Source: Octopus vulgaris (Eukaryota). From it: a stretch of 64,000 nt of DNA. The position numbers were made by a program, and so were the translations under genes. The stretch is taken from contig OX597818.1 of NCBI GenBank assembly GCA_951406725.2, positions 62,868,001 through 62,932,000 of the forward strand. The letters are read 5' to 3'. Below the pieces are notes generated by a model that was not told the DNA's origin, did not search any database, and saw nothing but the letters and a program-made list of their open reading frames with translations. Shown piece by piece: positions 1 through 15,621 of the stretch. How positions within the stretch are numbered: the stretch's first letter is position 1; every line of letters begins with the position of its first letter.

Positions 1-2345
<2,345 letters not shown>

Positions 2346-2715
2346 AAAGTATTAACGAAAGAATGAAACCTCGACATTAGACAGATAGAGGGGATTATTT
2401 ATATATGTTATAAATCTGAGCAAACAGTAGAAACTTGTCATTGTATCCGACGGAAATGTATCGTAGCTCTTCGCTCCGACATTCGAAACTCCAAGTACTT
2501 TAAAGACAACCTTTTACTGTTTCTGTTCTATATTTAAGAGATGAGGAATTATGTGAATTATTTACATTATTTATGTTATTTATATTTGACGGATATTTGT
2601 CTTCATCTTGTTTGTTGTTAACACAACGTTTCGGCTGATATATCGTCCAGTCTTCATCAAGCATCTTGGGGAAATTTCGAACCTGGGTTCCCATTGCTAA
2701 GGTATTTTTCGATGT

Positions 2716-2765
<50 letters not shown>

Positions 2766-2842
2766 TTCATGTCACTGTCTGGAATCGAACTTGGAATCTT
2801 GGTAGCCCGGGCACTTAACCACTACGCCATATGCCCACGGTC
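2346..2842 (-). mobile_element. tRNA-headed SINE-like element with hammerhead motif plus co-duplicated 3' flank (copy 1)
   Basis: Minus strand: A box TGGCGTAGTGG (2819-2829), B box GTTCGATTCC (2781-2790), internal (AAT)n, HHR motif 2620-2665, then ~175 nt shared with copies at 3097 and 25101-25277. Confidence 0.85.
2620..2665 (-). ncRNA. Degenerate minimal type-I hammerhead ribozyme (family 1)
   Basis: gatgc-TTGATGA-a-gactg..cagcc-GAAACGTT-gtgtt; C3U core change and one stem II mismatch. Confidence 0.6.
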
Positions 2843-2855
2843 ATAATAATAATAG

Positions 2856-2967
<112 letters not shown>

Positions 2968-3008
2968 AAAAATAAAAATAAAAATAATAACAATAATAAT
3001 AACAATAA

Positions 3009-3039
<31 letters not shown>

Positions 3040-3096
3040 AACAATAATAATAATAATAAAAAAAAAAAAAAAAATAATAATAATAATAATAATAAT

Positions 3097-3563
3097 AAAG
3101 TATTAACGAAAGAATGAGACCTCGACATTAGACAGATAGAGGGGATTATTTATATATGTTATAAATCAGAATAAACAGTAGAAACTTGTCATTGTATCCG
3201 ACGGAAATGTATCGTAGCTCTTCGCTCCGACATTCGAAACTCCAAGTACTTTAAAGACAACCTTTTACTGTTTCAGTTCTATATTTAAGAGATGAGGAAT
3301 TATGTGAATTATTTACATAATTCACATTCGACGGATATTTGTACTCATCTTGTTTGCTGTTAACACAACGTTTCGGCTGATATATCTTCCAGCCTTCATC
3401 AAGCATCTTGGGGAAATTTCGAACCTGGGTTCCCATTGCTAAGGTATTTTTCGATGTGTATTATTATTATTATTATTATTATTATTTTCATGTCACTGCC
3501 TGGAATCGAACTTGGAATCTTGGTAGCCCGGGCTCTTAACCACTACGCCATATGCCCACGGTC
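3097..3563 (-). mobile_element. tRNA-headed SINE-like element with hammerhead motif plus 3' flank (copy 2, tandem to copy 1)
   Basis: Near-identical to 2346-2842 and separated from it by an (AAT/ATG)n tract. Confidence 0.85.
3362..3407 (-). ncRNA. Minimal type-I hammerhead ribozyme (family 1)
   Basis: gatgc-TTGATGA-a-GGCTG-gaagatatat-CAGCC-GAAACGTT-gtgtt; intact stem II, palindromic stem III AACGTT. Confidence 0.7.
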
Positions 3564-3604
<41 letters not shown>

Positions 3605-3605
3605 G

Positions 3606-3660
<55 letters not shown>

Positions 3661-3664
3661 TAAT

Positions 3665-4227
3665 CACCACCCTGAGGCTGTAACTGAAGGAGAAAATGTA
3701 ACCATTCTGTGGGACTTTCCAGTACATACAGACCGAACCATCAAGGCCAATAAACCAGATATTGTTGTGAAAGACCAAAACAATAAAGTTTGCTTATTGA
3801 TCGACATGAGCATCCCCTGTGATCATAATATCTCAGCGAAAGAGTTTGACAAGCTCAGAAAATGTAAAGACCTACTCATTGAAATTGAGAAAATGTGGCA
3901 TCTCAAGGCGGTTACAATACCAGTGATCGTAGGAGCACTAGGAATGATCAAGAAGGGAACCGAAAATTATATGAGAATGATCCCTGGCTTACCATCCCTG
4001 CAAGAAGTGCAAAAGATTGTCTTAACTGGTACATCACATGTATTGAGAAGAGCATTGTCGATGTGAGAATTGTTGCTGCTCATGTATTTTAATTTAACTT
4101 AAAAAAAAAAAAATTTAAATGAACGAACTATTGAGTTTGGTTTAATGGCCTACCAATGTATACTATGAGTTTCTTTGCCCTAGGAGTCGGGAAGACACTC
4201 GGCAAGAAATGGAAGCAAATTTGAAAG
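3665..4227 (+). mobile_element. 5'-truncated R4/Dong-type non-LTR retrotransposon (restriction-like endonuclease C-terminus + 3' UTR)
   Basis: Open frame ILWDFPVHTDRTIKANKPDIVVKD..LLIDMSIPCD..KDLLIEIEKMW..IPVIVGALG..QKIVLTGTSHVLRR, stop at 4066; (AAT)n on both sides. Confidence 0.88.
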
Positions 4228-4255
4228 AAAAAAAAATAATAATGATAATAATAAT

Positions 4256-4289
<34 letters not shown>

Positions 4290-4313
4290 TTAATGATAAT
4301 AATAATAATAATA

Positions 4314-6795
4314 ACGACAGCGCATCTTTGCAAAGAAAGCAAAGATGGTAAGATAGGACCAAAGAATGAAGTGTTACCACCAGAATGGGTTATTCAGAAT
4401 AGATCAGAAGAGATTCTATAAATAATTAAATGGAGGATGTACAGATGAAAATTTAATACCAGATAACATTGAAAGTCAAAGGTTTTGGAGTGACATCTGG
4501 AGCAAAGACAAGGAACACAAGAAGGATGCTGAATGTTTTCAAGAAAGAAAGAAAGAAAGAGTAGTCTGTCCAAAACAGGCAGAACTAGTCATTTAAGTTA
4601 GGGAAGTGAAGGAAATCAGCAAACAAATGAGCAACTGAAAGGCCCCGGGACCAGATAGAGTTCAAGGCTACTGGATCAAAAGATTTGGTGAATGTCATGC
4701 ACGAATAGCTGCACCTTGTTAAATGCCGACCAAGTAACACCAGAGTGGTTGACATTGGGTAGGACAGTGCTGTGCCCGAAGAACACGGAAAAGGCAATAC
4801 GGTAGACAATTACAGGCTGATATCCTGTTTGCCACTTATAGGGAAATTATTGACTGGAATACTCGCAGAGTCAATGTACGAACATCTAGAAAAACATGGA
4901 GTACTGAGAAGAAAGGTTGCAAGCGTAAGTGGAGAGGAACCAAGGATCCTATCCTATACAGACAAAACTGTACTCAGAGACTGCAAGGGTAGGAAAAGTA
5001 ACTTAGCCTTGTCATGGATTTACTATCATAATGTGTACGATATAATCCTAGATTCTTTGATTATGGAGTATATGAACCTATTTGGTATTGCATCACATTA
5101 TAAGTGATTGCTGGCGAATTGGAGGAGGACCATGACAGCATACGGAAGAAGTTTAGGGACATGAGAAATTAAGAGGAGCATCGTCCAAGGTGACTGCATT
5201 TACCCACTGATATTTTTACAGCGCTTGATACCACTAACACTGATACTGAGGAAAGCAAACGTATGGGCATGTATTCAAAAGCCACCAACAAAAAGTCAAC
5301 CATTTCTTATTCATGGATGACCTCAAACATTATGGTAAGGATGTAGCCCAAGTCAGTTCCCTCGTTGATTCGGTGCATACCTTCAGTGCTGATATCAGAC
5401 TGGAGTTCGGGCTGAGAAAGTATTGAAGAGAGGCAAAATAAAACGTTCGGGGGAGGTTGTGAAGCAGATAGAAGTGACGAGTAATAAGAACTTGGGGATT
5501 TTGGAAATGGATAAATTGAGAAAGAAATGACAGGAAAATGTACAGTTGGAAACTTGCGCATACTGAAACTGATTCTCAAGTAGAACTAAACGGACGAAAT
5601 ACGATCGAAGCTATCAAGACCTGGGCAGTTTCACTCCTTAGATATGGAGCAGGGGTAATCGTATGGACACTAGACGCACTAAACAGCTTAGAGAGAAAGA
5701 CAAGGAAGTTGCTAACTAGATATTGTACACTCCACCCAACAAGTGACACAGACAGACTGTATGTACGAAAAAAAAAAAAACAGGAGGAAGATGACTTATT
5801 GTACGCGAACACAGCATTAGAGCAGAAGAAAACAACATAGCATGGTATGTAAAAAATCCCACAGAACCGCTATTATTGGGGGTAAGAAGGTTAGGCTTGC
5901 GTAGGATGAAAGATTGGAAAGATAAAACACTATACAAGAAATTGAAAACGAATGAAACTGAAAATAGGTTGGTAAAGAAAAGAATGCAAGGTCAATTTCA
6001 TAGAGATGTTGAAAATAAGACAGACAGAGACAAAAGATGGCTGTGATTGACTAAAAGTGATTTAAAACTGGAAAAGGAGGCTCTAATCTGTGCTGCCCAA
6101 GAGCAAGCACTAAGAACAAACTACACAAAATACAGAATAGAAAACATAGCAGAATGTTATAAGTGCAGAATCTGTGGACAAAACGGTGAAACGGTATGGC
6201 ATATTACCAGCCAGAGTACGCCTCTAGCCCAGAAGAAATATAAGAGACTACACAACAATATAGCCAGGATTGTCCATTGGACACTTTGCAACATGTATGG
6301 ACTTCACAGACCAAAAACATTGGTATGACCACAAACCTGAAGGCATCATTGAAAATAGAAATGCAAAGATCCTATGGGATTTTATGATTCAGTGCGACTA
6401 AGAGAGAGAATAGGAAGCCGGACATGGTCTTAATTGAGAAAGAAAATAAACTATGCTGAATTATAAATTTAGCATGCCCAGCTGACAACAAGGTATGCGA
6501 TAAGTCGAGAGATATGACAGGTTAGCTTGGGAAGTTAAGCTGCTGTGGTCGATGTAAAAGGTAGCAGTTGTACCAATAATTTTCGGAGCCCTGGGAACAG
6601 TGAGCAAAAATCTCGAGACGTACGTGGAACAAATAGGGGCTGGAATAAGGGTGGAGCACTTGCAAAGAACAGCACTGCTTGGAACCGTTGGAATAGTCCG
6701 GAAGGTGCTCGAAAAATAAGAGGTGTTACCTTAGTTCACTGGTAGTGAACAGCTGACACTGTAGTGTCTCCAGCGTTAGAAGATGTGCAAAGACA
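4314..6795 (+). mobile_element. Decayed R4/Dong-type non-LTR retrotransposon (RT + CCHC + RLE), 5' truncated
   Basis: Frameshifted motifs KAPGPDRVQGYWIK, NYRLISCLP, IVQGDCIYPLIF, FMDDLK (RT), CRICG..ETVWHI (zinc knuckle), RKPDMVLIE..ACPAD, VPIIFGALG; embedded in (AAT)n. Confidence 0.92.
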
Positions 6796-6798
6796 ATT

Positions 6799-6856
<58 letters not shown>

Positions 6857-6858
6857 AA

Positions 6859-6956
6859 GGGTGTACCCTTATCAGACGGGTAGATATGATGGGTATACGG
6901 GCTTCGTATATTTGTACCCCAGTGTCACTTTGATGGCATGCACTGCCCTCTCACTC
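6859..6956 (+). mobile_element. 3' fragment of AAT-embedded non-coding element
   Basis: Matches 10433-10528 (gtgtacccttatcagacgggtag...ctctcactc), followed by (AAT)n. Confidence 0.8.
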
Positions 6957-6990
6957 AATAATAATAATAATGATGATAATATTGATAATA

Positions 6991-7031
<41 letters not shown>

Positions 7032-7043
7032 GACGACGACGAC

Positions 7044-7225
7044 AGCATCGAAAATACCTTAGGAATGAGAAAACAGGTTCGAAATTTCTCCAAGACACCT
7101 GATGAAGGCTGGAGAGTATATCAGCCGAAACATTGTGTTAAAAACAAACAGGATGAGGACAAATATCCCTTTAAATGTAAATAATGTAAATAATGTACAT
7201 AATTCCTCATCTCTGAAATACAGAA
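7044..7225 (+). mobile_element. Headless copy of the HHR-SINE body
   Basis: gcatcgaaaataccttaggaatg...aattcctcatctctgaaatacagaa matches 24911-25098; does not carry the shared downstream flank. Confidence 0.82.
7094..7139 (+). ncRNA. Minimal type-I hammerhead ribozyme (family 1, canonical CUGAUGA core)
   Basis: GACAC-CTGATGA-a-GGCTG-gagagtatat-CAGCC-GAAAC-ATT-GTGTT; stem I GACAC/GTGTT; G>A change in stem III palindrome. Confidence 0.72.
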
Positions 7226-7489
7226 GCGATACAAATCTTATTCACTTACTTTTTTCTACTAAGGCTGTATTGCTTTAGTGATTCTTATTTGGCTTCGGAA
7301 TTTTTTGACTCCCATCTTTAGCAAAGCAGGTGATTATTAGTTCCCTCTTATATGTGAATATAACTTTTATTTTATATACGTTTATTACATTTGTCTATAC
7401 ATTTTTTTACGCTTGCGGCCACCAACATTACTATTTTTATGATTAGTAATGTTCTTATATGTACATATACCTAAAATGTATAAAAGAAC

Positions 7490-7900
7490 AAAAGACGAAG
7501 CAGCTGTGACAGCAAGAGTGAGACTTGGCTGGAGGAAGTTGAGGGAATATGGAGCGTTATTATATGTGAAAACTTCTCGCTGGAGACGAAAGGAAGGCTC
7601 TATAAGGAGTTGTGTGAGAGCTGCAATGCTGTATGGGAGCGATACATGTTGTTTGAGAGTGAGAGAGAAAAATGGCAATTTTGAGAAGGCCTAAGAGAGC
7701 AATTGTGAGAGAATTGTGTGGCGTGAGGCTCTTTGATAAGTGAAGGACTGAGGTCTTGATGGGGATGCTGGGGTTGGAGGAATCAGTGGAACGGCTGGGA
7801 AGGGCAAATAGAGTGCGGTGGTATGAGCATGTATTGAGGAGAGATTAGGAACATGTTCTGAAGAGGGTGTTAGGATCTGAGGAAGATCAGGCCACCCTAA
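7490..7900 (+). mobile_element. RTE-clade LINE fragment (post-RT C-terminal region)
   Basis: AAVTARVRLGWRKLRE..IRSCVRAAMLYGSDT.. resembles the RTE C-terminal motif (AMLYGSETW), followed by degraded RWYEHVLRR. Confidence 0.75.
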
Positions 7901-8637
7901 TAACGGGGACAATATACGGATTGAAAACGATGGCTGATGATGATGGGCTGACAGGGCTATTTGAGCGGTTTTCATGACGTATATAAGATCGAAATTAAAA
8001 CTCAAATAGTGAAGGGGACACCAGTTCGATGCAAGGGTAGTTATTAAAATCTGCATGAAATGAAATATTTTCCTTAAGGGCACAACAAAACCCCGATCCT
8101 GCGATCACGTGTTCAATACTTCTAACCATCACAGCGCGCGCCTTGGCAATATTATACTTCACAGCAAATTGGATTAGTTTACGTTGAGGGTTAAATTTAT
8201 TTGATGTGAAGAGAACAGAGGCAACGGTGATTGGAAGAGAACGTCAAACTACACTGCTGATCTTCTTCTCTATTGGTCTATAATCTTGATAATCTGTGGC
8301 TTTTAAATTCAGTATAGGAAAACCACCAACGGCTGTATTCTCTTTTATAAATGGCTTACAAGATGGATGCCGTACATAGTAACTCATTAGTGTTTCTTTG
8401 ACAAATTATCACACATTATGGATTCATAAGTAGCAATTATTTTATAGAAATGTAGATAATATTTAAATATACCCCAATGAATGTAAAATCAATATTCATA
8501 TTTCAACTAGCTAATTTACTTGTCTGCGTATATTCCTGATTAAAATGCGGCATGAAACGCGAACAATTATTCTGCTTAATTAAAGACGGTTAAGAAAACA
8601 CTGATGTTGATGATGGAATAGAAAAGTGTTTAAAATC

Positions 8638-8673
<36 letters not shown>

Positions 8674-8852
8674 ATATATATGTATGTATATATGTATATA
8701 TGCATATGTCTGTATGTCTGTATAAAGGTGTGCGTAAAAGTGAGCGCGTGTGTATGTCTGTACAAAACTAAACATCATATTTTACATATGCGTACATACG
8801 TGCATATTACACTTACATCACACTTAAGTATGTATATCGAGTTATATATATG

Positions 8853-8886
<34 letters not shown>

Positions 8887-8908
8887 CATACCTATATATA
8901 TATATGTT

Positions 8909-8940
<32 letters not shown>

Positions 8941-8941
8941 C

Positions 8942-9038
<97 letters not shown>

Positions 9039-9130
9039 TATATGTATATATATATGTTACGGGGGTGTAGATAAGTATATGTATATATATATATATATAT
9101 ATAAATATATATTTATACATATATACACAA
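8638..9130. repeat. (TA)n/(TG)n compound microsatellite
   Basis: Direct inspection. Confidence 0.95.
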
Positions 9131-10013
9131 AATTATCTACACCATCATAACACCTCGCACATACGTACACATACATAGACACAAAAACACACATATACTC
9201 GCACATACATATGCCTGTTTGTGTGTGTTTGTATGTACACAAATTCACCCATAGTTACACATACACCGGTTCATATATATACAAATCTATATTCATATAA
9301 ATTATCATCGTGTATGCTTAAGTTGTATAATTGTACTTGTGGATGCTTTTCAATTCACACTTGATAAATTCGAAATTGTGGAGTATTCATTCAAGTATTG
9401 AGAAGGGAGAGAAGATAGCCTTTTGAATATGTGAAATAAAATTCGCTATTAAAGTAGCTTATTTTTGTTTAATTTCTGCTGCTACAAATCTTGATTGCAA
9501 TGTGGTTCAGTGCAAATGAGGAAATGTATTGAAACATCTGAAAATGTTTTAGAGGAAACGTAAAGTGTGAAATTCTACGGAAGCACATCTGTGAAATATA
9601 CTTTTTTTCAGTTTAAGTAATGAAATCTTGCATGGTTGTTGTTAAAATATTCCGGAAGATTCGAACCTAAATATTCTAAGCGAGGTGCATGTAATAACGA
9701 ATCGAGGATTTTGTGAACAAATATACTTTGTAAATGAGAAAATATTTTTCTCGTGTCGAAACAACAAGAATTCGACGGAGAAGCGTAAAAAAAATGCACA
9801 TATAACTTATCGCTTAGATTCCCGCTATTCACCATGCATATAATTAATTTATATAAGAAATCTCCACAGATGTTGTTATATCTGGTGATGGTAGTATTTT
9901 CCCCAATTAAACACACATACACTACGCAGGAGACACGAGGGACAGGAAGTCACTGAAAAGGTCACAAAATGATTGACAAAAGAACGCTGAAGAATAAATT
10001 AATGATAATAATG

Positions 10014-10065
<52 letters not shown>

Positions 10066-10067
<2 letters not shown>

Positions 10068-10528
10068 GATGGGCTACAGCAAATATTCTGCTCAATACCA
10101 CAGATTTGCTTGTCAGTTGTTTGACCTTAACCAGTTGAGCATGTCCCTTAGTGGCTGGCGATATGTGCATCTCTGATCACGAGCAGAAGTAGTGGGGGAG
10201 CATCATAGCCATGTGTTGAGAGGGATTCTTTGGGGTTTGAATAATTCACCTCTGGAAACATGGGTGTTTCGTTCAACATCCTTAAACAACCCTTATTCAG
10301 GGACTTTTTGAGCGGGATGGATTACTCGACCTGAAGAAAATTCTAACTGGGCCCCACCTGCAAGTTCATGTGCTGTTAATCTTGATATGAGATCACCATG
10401 TCGTGCACATATGGTTGTGATGCAAGTGACTAGTGTACCCTTATCAGACGGGTAGTCATGATGGGTATATTGGGCTTCGTATATTTTACCCCAGTGTCAC
10501 TTTGATGGTATGCACTGCTCTCTCACTC
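10066..10528 (+). mobile_element. AAT-embedded non-coding interspersed element (non-autonomous retroposon or long 3' UTR)
   Basis: ~460 nt complex sequence between two (AAT)n tracts; 3' end repeated at 6859-6956; no credible ORF. Confidence 0.7.
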
Positions 10529-10606
<78 letters not shown>

Positions 10607-11084
10607 AATAATAGTGTGAAGATAAAATTGAATGAGTATTTAATAGGCTAGAGGTGGCCATCCCCACGTATAGCAATATTTCTTTCTTCAACGCAGGGTT
10701 TCTCGCCGAGAATCTCGCATAGCAAATACATAAACTTAAAAATAAAAAATTACTACAGAAATTTCATTGTGAGGACAGATTTATTGATAAAATTAAAAAT
10801 AATTGATAAGAAATACTTAAAATGCAAAGACATACTTAGAATGCAAAGAGAGTTTTCACAATCCAAAATGACCGTATTCGGTTGGTCATTCAATCTGAGT
10901 GATGGATGAAATATTTATAATACAAAGCATCATAAGCCACAAGGTGTTAAGAAGTCAGAATTTCAGATATTTGCCCTTTTTTGAAAGGACAAAGATAGAG
11001 GCCGTATCATCTGACTCGCAAATTTATAGATGATGAAAGAAATGTAGTAAATACCAGGAAATATTGCGTCTAAGAATAAAGCAT

Positions 11085-11860
11085 TTAAAAAATTTTGAAA
11101 AGTGCAACTAGATTATCGGTGGGAGAAAGCAGTTTACTCAAGGGAGCCGACCTCACCTCCCACCGCAGCATCGAGGTTGATCCTGAGCCTGACGCATGCA
11201 CTTGTGACGGTGTCCTTGGGAAGATCTCGGAACATCTCCGTCTCGGCTTGATGTTGAAGGCCGAGCGGTTGGTGTCTTTCTCAACCGCGCCCCACAGAGT
11301 AATCCACAGGATTACAATCGTAATAATCAGGAACTCAGAAGCTGTGGCTCTGGAAGTCGTAGAGATCTCCCGACAACACCTTCGAACTCTTTTCGGAGGT
11401 ATGGCAAGGAGCCGAATCCTACTGCCACACATATGACTGTCAAGCAACGAACACATAAATCAAGATTTGACCACGATCTCCAGTAACCTTGCGTAGCCGT
11501 TTGAACTGAGCTTAAAGGCGTTCAAAGGCGTTGGGGAGCATGGCACAAATACCATCACAATCTTGGGGAACTTAGATTTCATGATGCCCATTTCACGTCC
11601 TACAGGCCTTACAGTGTTTACAGAGAATTTAGCAGCAGTCATGATATCGGAATTTTGATACCCGGCGCGAATCATCATGATACAAGTAACACTTTTCCTC
11701 TATTCATATCACATTCAGTTTTCCATGTCAGCTAACTGTCTCTCAACTACAATTTAATCCTTATGCTCTCCAGCGTCGTTGACTTTTCACCAATGCATAA
11801 AACTGTTCCAGAGAAAAGGAGGCGTGAAAAAATCGTCAAATTTATCGCGAACACCCTGTA
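11085..11860 (-). mobile_element. Internally deleted Tc1/mariner-superfamily DD37D (maT-like) transposon relic
   Basis: Minus strand YVWQ*DSAPCHT..NPVDY with 37 residues between the aspartates, WGAVEKDTN, KFPKIVMVF; terminus CAGGGTGTTCGCG with TA at 11859-11860. Confidence 0.85.
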
Positions 11861-12518
11861 AGTAGATTAAACTAAAAACAAATATTTCGAAGTTCAAAGA
11901 AAGCAGTCGAATGTTTCTATATCAATCTACGACGGTTTCCACTGTAGATGGAAACCTCACCGCTGATTTTAATATCAGTGAACTTACTTCCTGTTATACG
12001 ACACTGCATGCAATCCATTTAGCAAAGTTACCTGGAGAATAAAATAAACAAGTTCATAGCAAAAGGCGTGAAGCAACGTTAGAGTTCTCACAAACCCGAG
12101 ACGAAAAGGTGCGTTGCATTTCTAATATACCAAAAATCATTTCAATTATGTCCTTCGAGATCATTCTAATTTCATCAGTGACACATTACCGCTTCGTTTT
12201 CATTCTTCTTTTAATACATGAATTTCTGCCAAGTACCAGATCTGTACCAAAACTAATATTATATGCAATTTCATCACATATGGCTGTATAAATTAATCAT
12301 ACATTTATAAGAGTTCATTGCAAACGCTATACATAAAATATATTTCTAATTTGTCATGTTTTCCTCCAACCTTTGATCATCTTTATCTAACTGTCTTATA
12401 CAGTTCAGATCGAAACTTTCAGTATCACTGCAATTGGGTACACAAATGTCACTGGTTGTGGAATATATATTATTCAAAATACAATCTGGTCTTTGCATTA
12501 TAGGAGAGAATATAAAAC

Positions 12519-12848
12519 TGGCATTCCGTCGGTTGAAGCAATGCGAGTTCCAGTTGATTCGATTAGTGGAATAACCTCACTGTGAAATTTACGTACAGGT
12601 GACTGAGTACTCTACAGACACGCGTATTCTTAAGCCAGTTCTCGGGGAGATTCAGCGCGAAACACAGTGTGACATAGTTGTTACTTTGAAATGCAGAGAG
12701 ACCACTCATTTTTGCCAGCTGAGTGAGCTGGAGCAACGTGAGATAAAGTGTCTTGCTTAAGGACACAACGCGCCGTCAGGAATCGAATTTACGATCTTTC
12801 GACCCGACCGTCAGCCGAAAACCTTAATCCCTAAGCCACACACCTTTG
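12519..12848 (-). mobile_element. tRNA-derived SINE (family D)
   Basis: Reverse complement of the body seen at 21287-21418 and 22640-22765, with degenerate tRNA head. Confidence 0.75.
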
Positions 12849-13429
12849 CACAAGTAAAGGATAGGGCATAGGGTGTTTGTAAAAGGTCTGCACAGAGCTT
12901 ATAAGAAAAGAACCTCTCCCTTGAACATTTCTACCTAATATTTTAAGCGTTTGCATCGCAACGAATTTCGAAATGAATTCACATATTTTTTATATTTACT
13001 TTTGTGAATGACTCACAAATCAACATTTATCCAAGAAACACATCTTGAAAAGTGCTTTAGTAATTACCTACACGCACTTGAAATCTGAGCAGATAAACCT
13101 CTTGAAAATAACAAGTAATGTTAATGCTGTACCGCCGAAAACAATGTGCATGCGTTCATGTTATCAAGATCTTTGGTTAGAAAAGAATCGATAACATACC
13201 GTGGGATTTGAACGTACATGATTTGGTTCATTGTTAGAACGCCTGTCATGTTTACAGAAAACGTTTCCTATCTGCTGTGTTATCAACACGATATTCACAT
13301 GCGATTATGTACAGTGATATTTACTTCGAGAAACACCATACCAAAAAGAACATTCTTCACGTTTTCAAAGACTATACATACAGAGGTACATTTGCATATA
13401 TACTCTTGTACATAAATATATAGATATAT

Positions 13430-13570
13430 AGTGTTTGTGTTACTTTCTGTTGAAGAGCGTAGGCTCGAAATGTAAAACACTTTCTCGACTTCCAGAGTGT
13501 TAAACTAATACATCGGCTTGTTGTTTACACACCTGTCTTCGTCTTTTGTTTTTTTTTGTAAATTCCAACT
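13430..13570 (+). mobile_element. TA-embedded short element carrying HHR family 2 (PLE pseudo-LTR-like)
   Basis: ttt-CTGTTGA-a-GAGC-gtag-GCTC-GAAATGTA-aaa at 13442-13479; related to 55105-55295 and 35317-35528; ends in (TA)n. Confidence 0.68.
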
Positions 13571-13587
13571 ATATATAAATATGTAGT

Positions 13588-13664
<77 letters not shown>

Positions 13665-13789
13665 CTCTCTATATATGTATATATATATACATATATTTAT
13701 AATATATTATTCAAAGAAATTCCAACTGTATATACATATATATATTATTCAAAGAAATTTATATTCTATATAATATTACTGTAGAATAT

Positions 13790-13849
<60 letters not shown>

Positions 13850-13862
13850 AAATGAAATGAAG

Positions 13863-14128
13863 TATTGGGATTGATTTGTTCAACTAAAACCCTTCAAGGT
13901 GGTGCCCCAGCATGGCCACAGTCCAATGTCTGAATCAAGTAAAAGATAAAGGTATACTGGGATTGATTTGTTCAACTAAAACCCTTCAAGGTGGTGCCCC
14001 AGCATGGCCACAGTCCAATGTCTAAATCAAGTAAATGATAAAAGATATACTGGAATTGATTTGTTCACTTCAAGGTGGTGCTCCAGCATGGCCACAGTCC
14101 AATGACTGAAACAAGTAAACGATAAAAA
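13863..14128 (+). repeat. Three tandem copies (~92 nt) of the common SINE 3' tail
   Basis: gattgatttgttcaactaaaacccttcaaggtggtgccccagcatggccacagtccaatg...aagtaaaagataaa x3. Confidence 0.88.
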
Positions 14129-14930
14129 GAAAAAGATTTGTAAATTATATGGAAAGTGAAATATTTTAAGGAAAGAAATAGTTTTGCTATAGAACGGAGG
14201 AAGAGAATATTAAAGTCTCTAGCAGAACCCTTTGCTGTTCTATGCTGGCTGCACAAACGTATTTGTTTCACCAAGTCATTTCGCAGGTGTTGTTAGAATT
14301 ATGTTCTTCCGAATTGTTAATCAAGGGTAACTTTGTTTCGGTACTGTAAGCTCTATTCATCGATTGGGAATACATTGATAATACAGCAATATATTGTTTA
14401 AATTTAGGGATACGGAGATGTGGTCTTTAATTCTGTAAGTGTTGTTAGATAATGTGTTACAACAGAAAAAATATCTATCGCTGGTGTATCTCAGCTGATG
14501 TACATTTGATCGCTAGAATAGATACGATGATACTAGCTCATCTCCACCCAGCTTATGTACTTGAATGACTGAATGTTTATAAGATAGTGTCGAACAATAT
14601 GCTGACTAATAACCTATTAATTGTTTGATAAGATCGTGTTTATGCGTTCGCGTTGAATAGCCAAGGTGTAAGTCGTTGATACAAGTTAATAAGGATATCG
14701 ACTCGTGAATGGTGCTCTGAATAGCGTCAATGATATATTCTAAGCAATCGTTAGGAGGATGTAACAACTGACATGTTTGATTTGTGTATTAATTTGTGAA
14801 AATTATGTATTCAGTGATACGCCAAGCTGATATAGGCAAACTCATTGTAGGACGAGAATTAGAAATATTTACAAGAATAGCGAATACACAATTCGAACCG
14901 GAGTAAATCTAACACTTTTTCAAATAAGAA

Positions 14931-15092
14931 GGCGTGGCCGTGTAGTACGCGTTTTATTTCACAACCAAGTGGTTCCGGTTTCAGTCCAGCTGAGTAGCAT
15001 ATTGGGCAAGTGTCTTCTGCTACAGCCTTGAGTCGACCAAAGATTTGGGAGAGGATTCAGTAAAAGGAAGCTGAAAGAAACCCGTCGGGAAA

Positions 15093-15128
<36 letters not shown>

Positions 15129-15312
15129 TTTTGAGTCGTTTTTTTCCCTTCTTGGCCACTTGACAACAGCTGTCGGTGTGTTTACGTCCCCTTAACCTCA
15201 CGGCAAAAGCAACGGATAGGATAAAGACTAGGCTTAAAGAAAACAAATACTAGCGTCGATAAGCTCGACTAAAATGTTCCAAGGAGGTGCCACGATTTAA
15301 TTGAAACAAGCA
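14931..15312 (+). mobile_element. SINE family A (tRNA head, internal microsatellite)
   Basis: gggcaagtgtcttct..gaaagaaacccgtcg-(TG)n-..tttacgtcccc..; same layout as other family A copies. Confidence 0.8.
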
Positions 15313-15621
15313 AACTAATGCAAGAACTTATGAGGACAGATTAGTAGAGATTAATGATTCTAGTACAGAAGATGCATCCGAATCAATCGGCTTGGTTTGT
15401 GGTCTTGGTGGAGTATTTTACATGATTAGTGAGTTAGTGAGGGGTGGAGATAGTTAGGTTTATGCTGACCATAGCACTGGGGCAGAGAAGATATTTTCTC
15501 TGGTTTTTAAATCGCTGTGTAGACTTCCTCATGCATCTCAGAGAACAGATTCTGGGAATAACTTAAAATGCGACATACATCTGAGAACTGAAATTGTCCT
15601 TGCAATAGGTTATCAGCAATA

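Noticed and set aside
2500-2694. Repeated small ORF MGTQVRNFPK.. (also 3251-3436 and part of 6783-7184)
   Set aside because: Overlaps the HHR-SINE body; indels among copies; conservation is explained by repeat identity.
8580-9248. YI/HT/CV-repeat ORFs here and throughout the window
   Set aside because: Translations of (TA)n, (CA)n and (TG)n microsatellites.
11095-11436. 113-aa plus-strand ORF
   Set aside because: Antisense shadow of the maT transposase relic.
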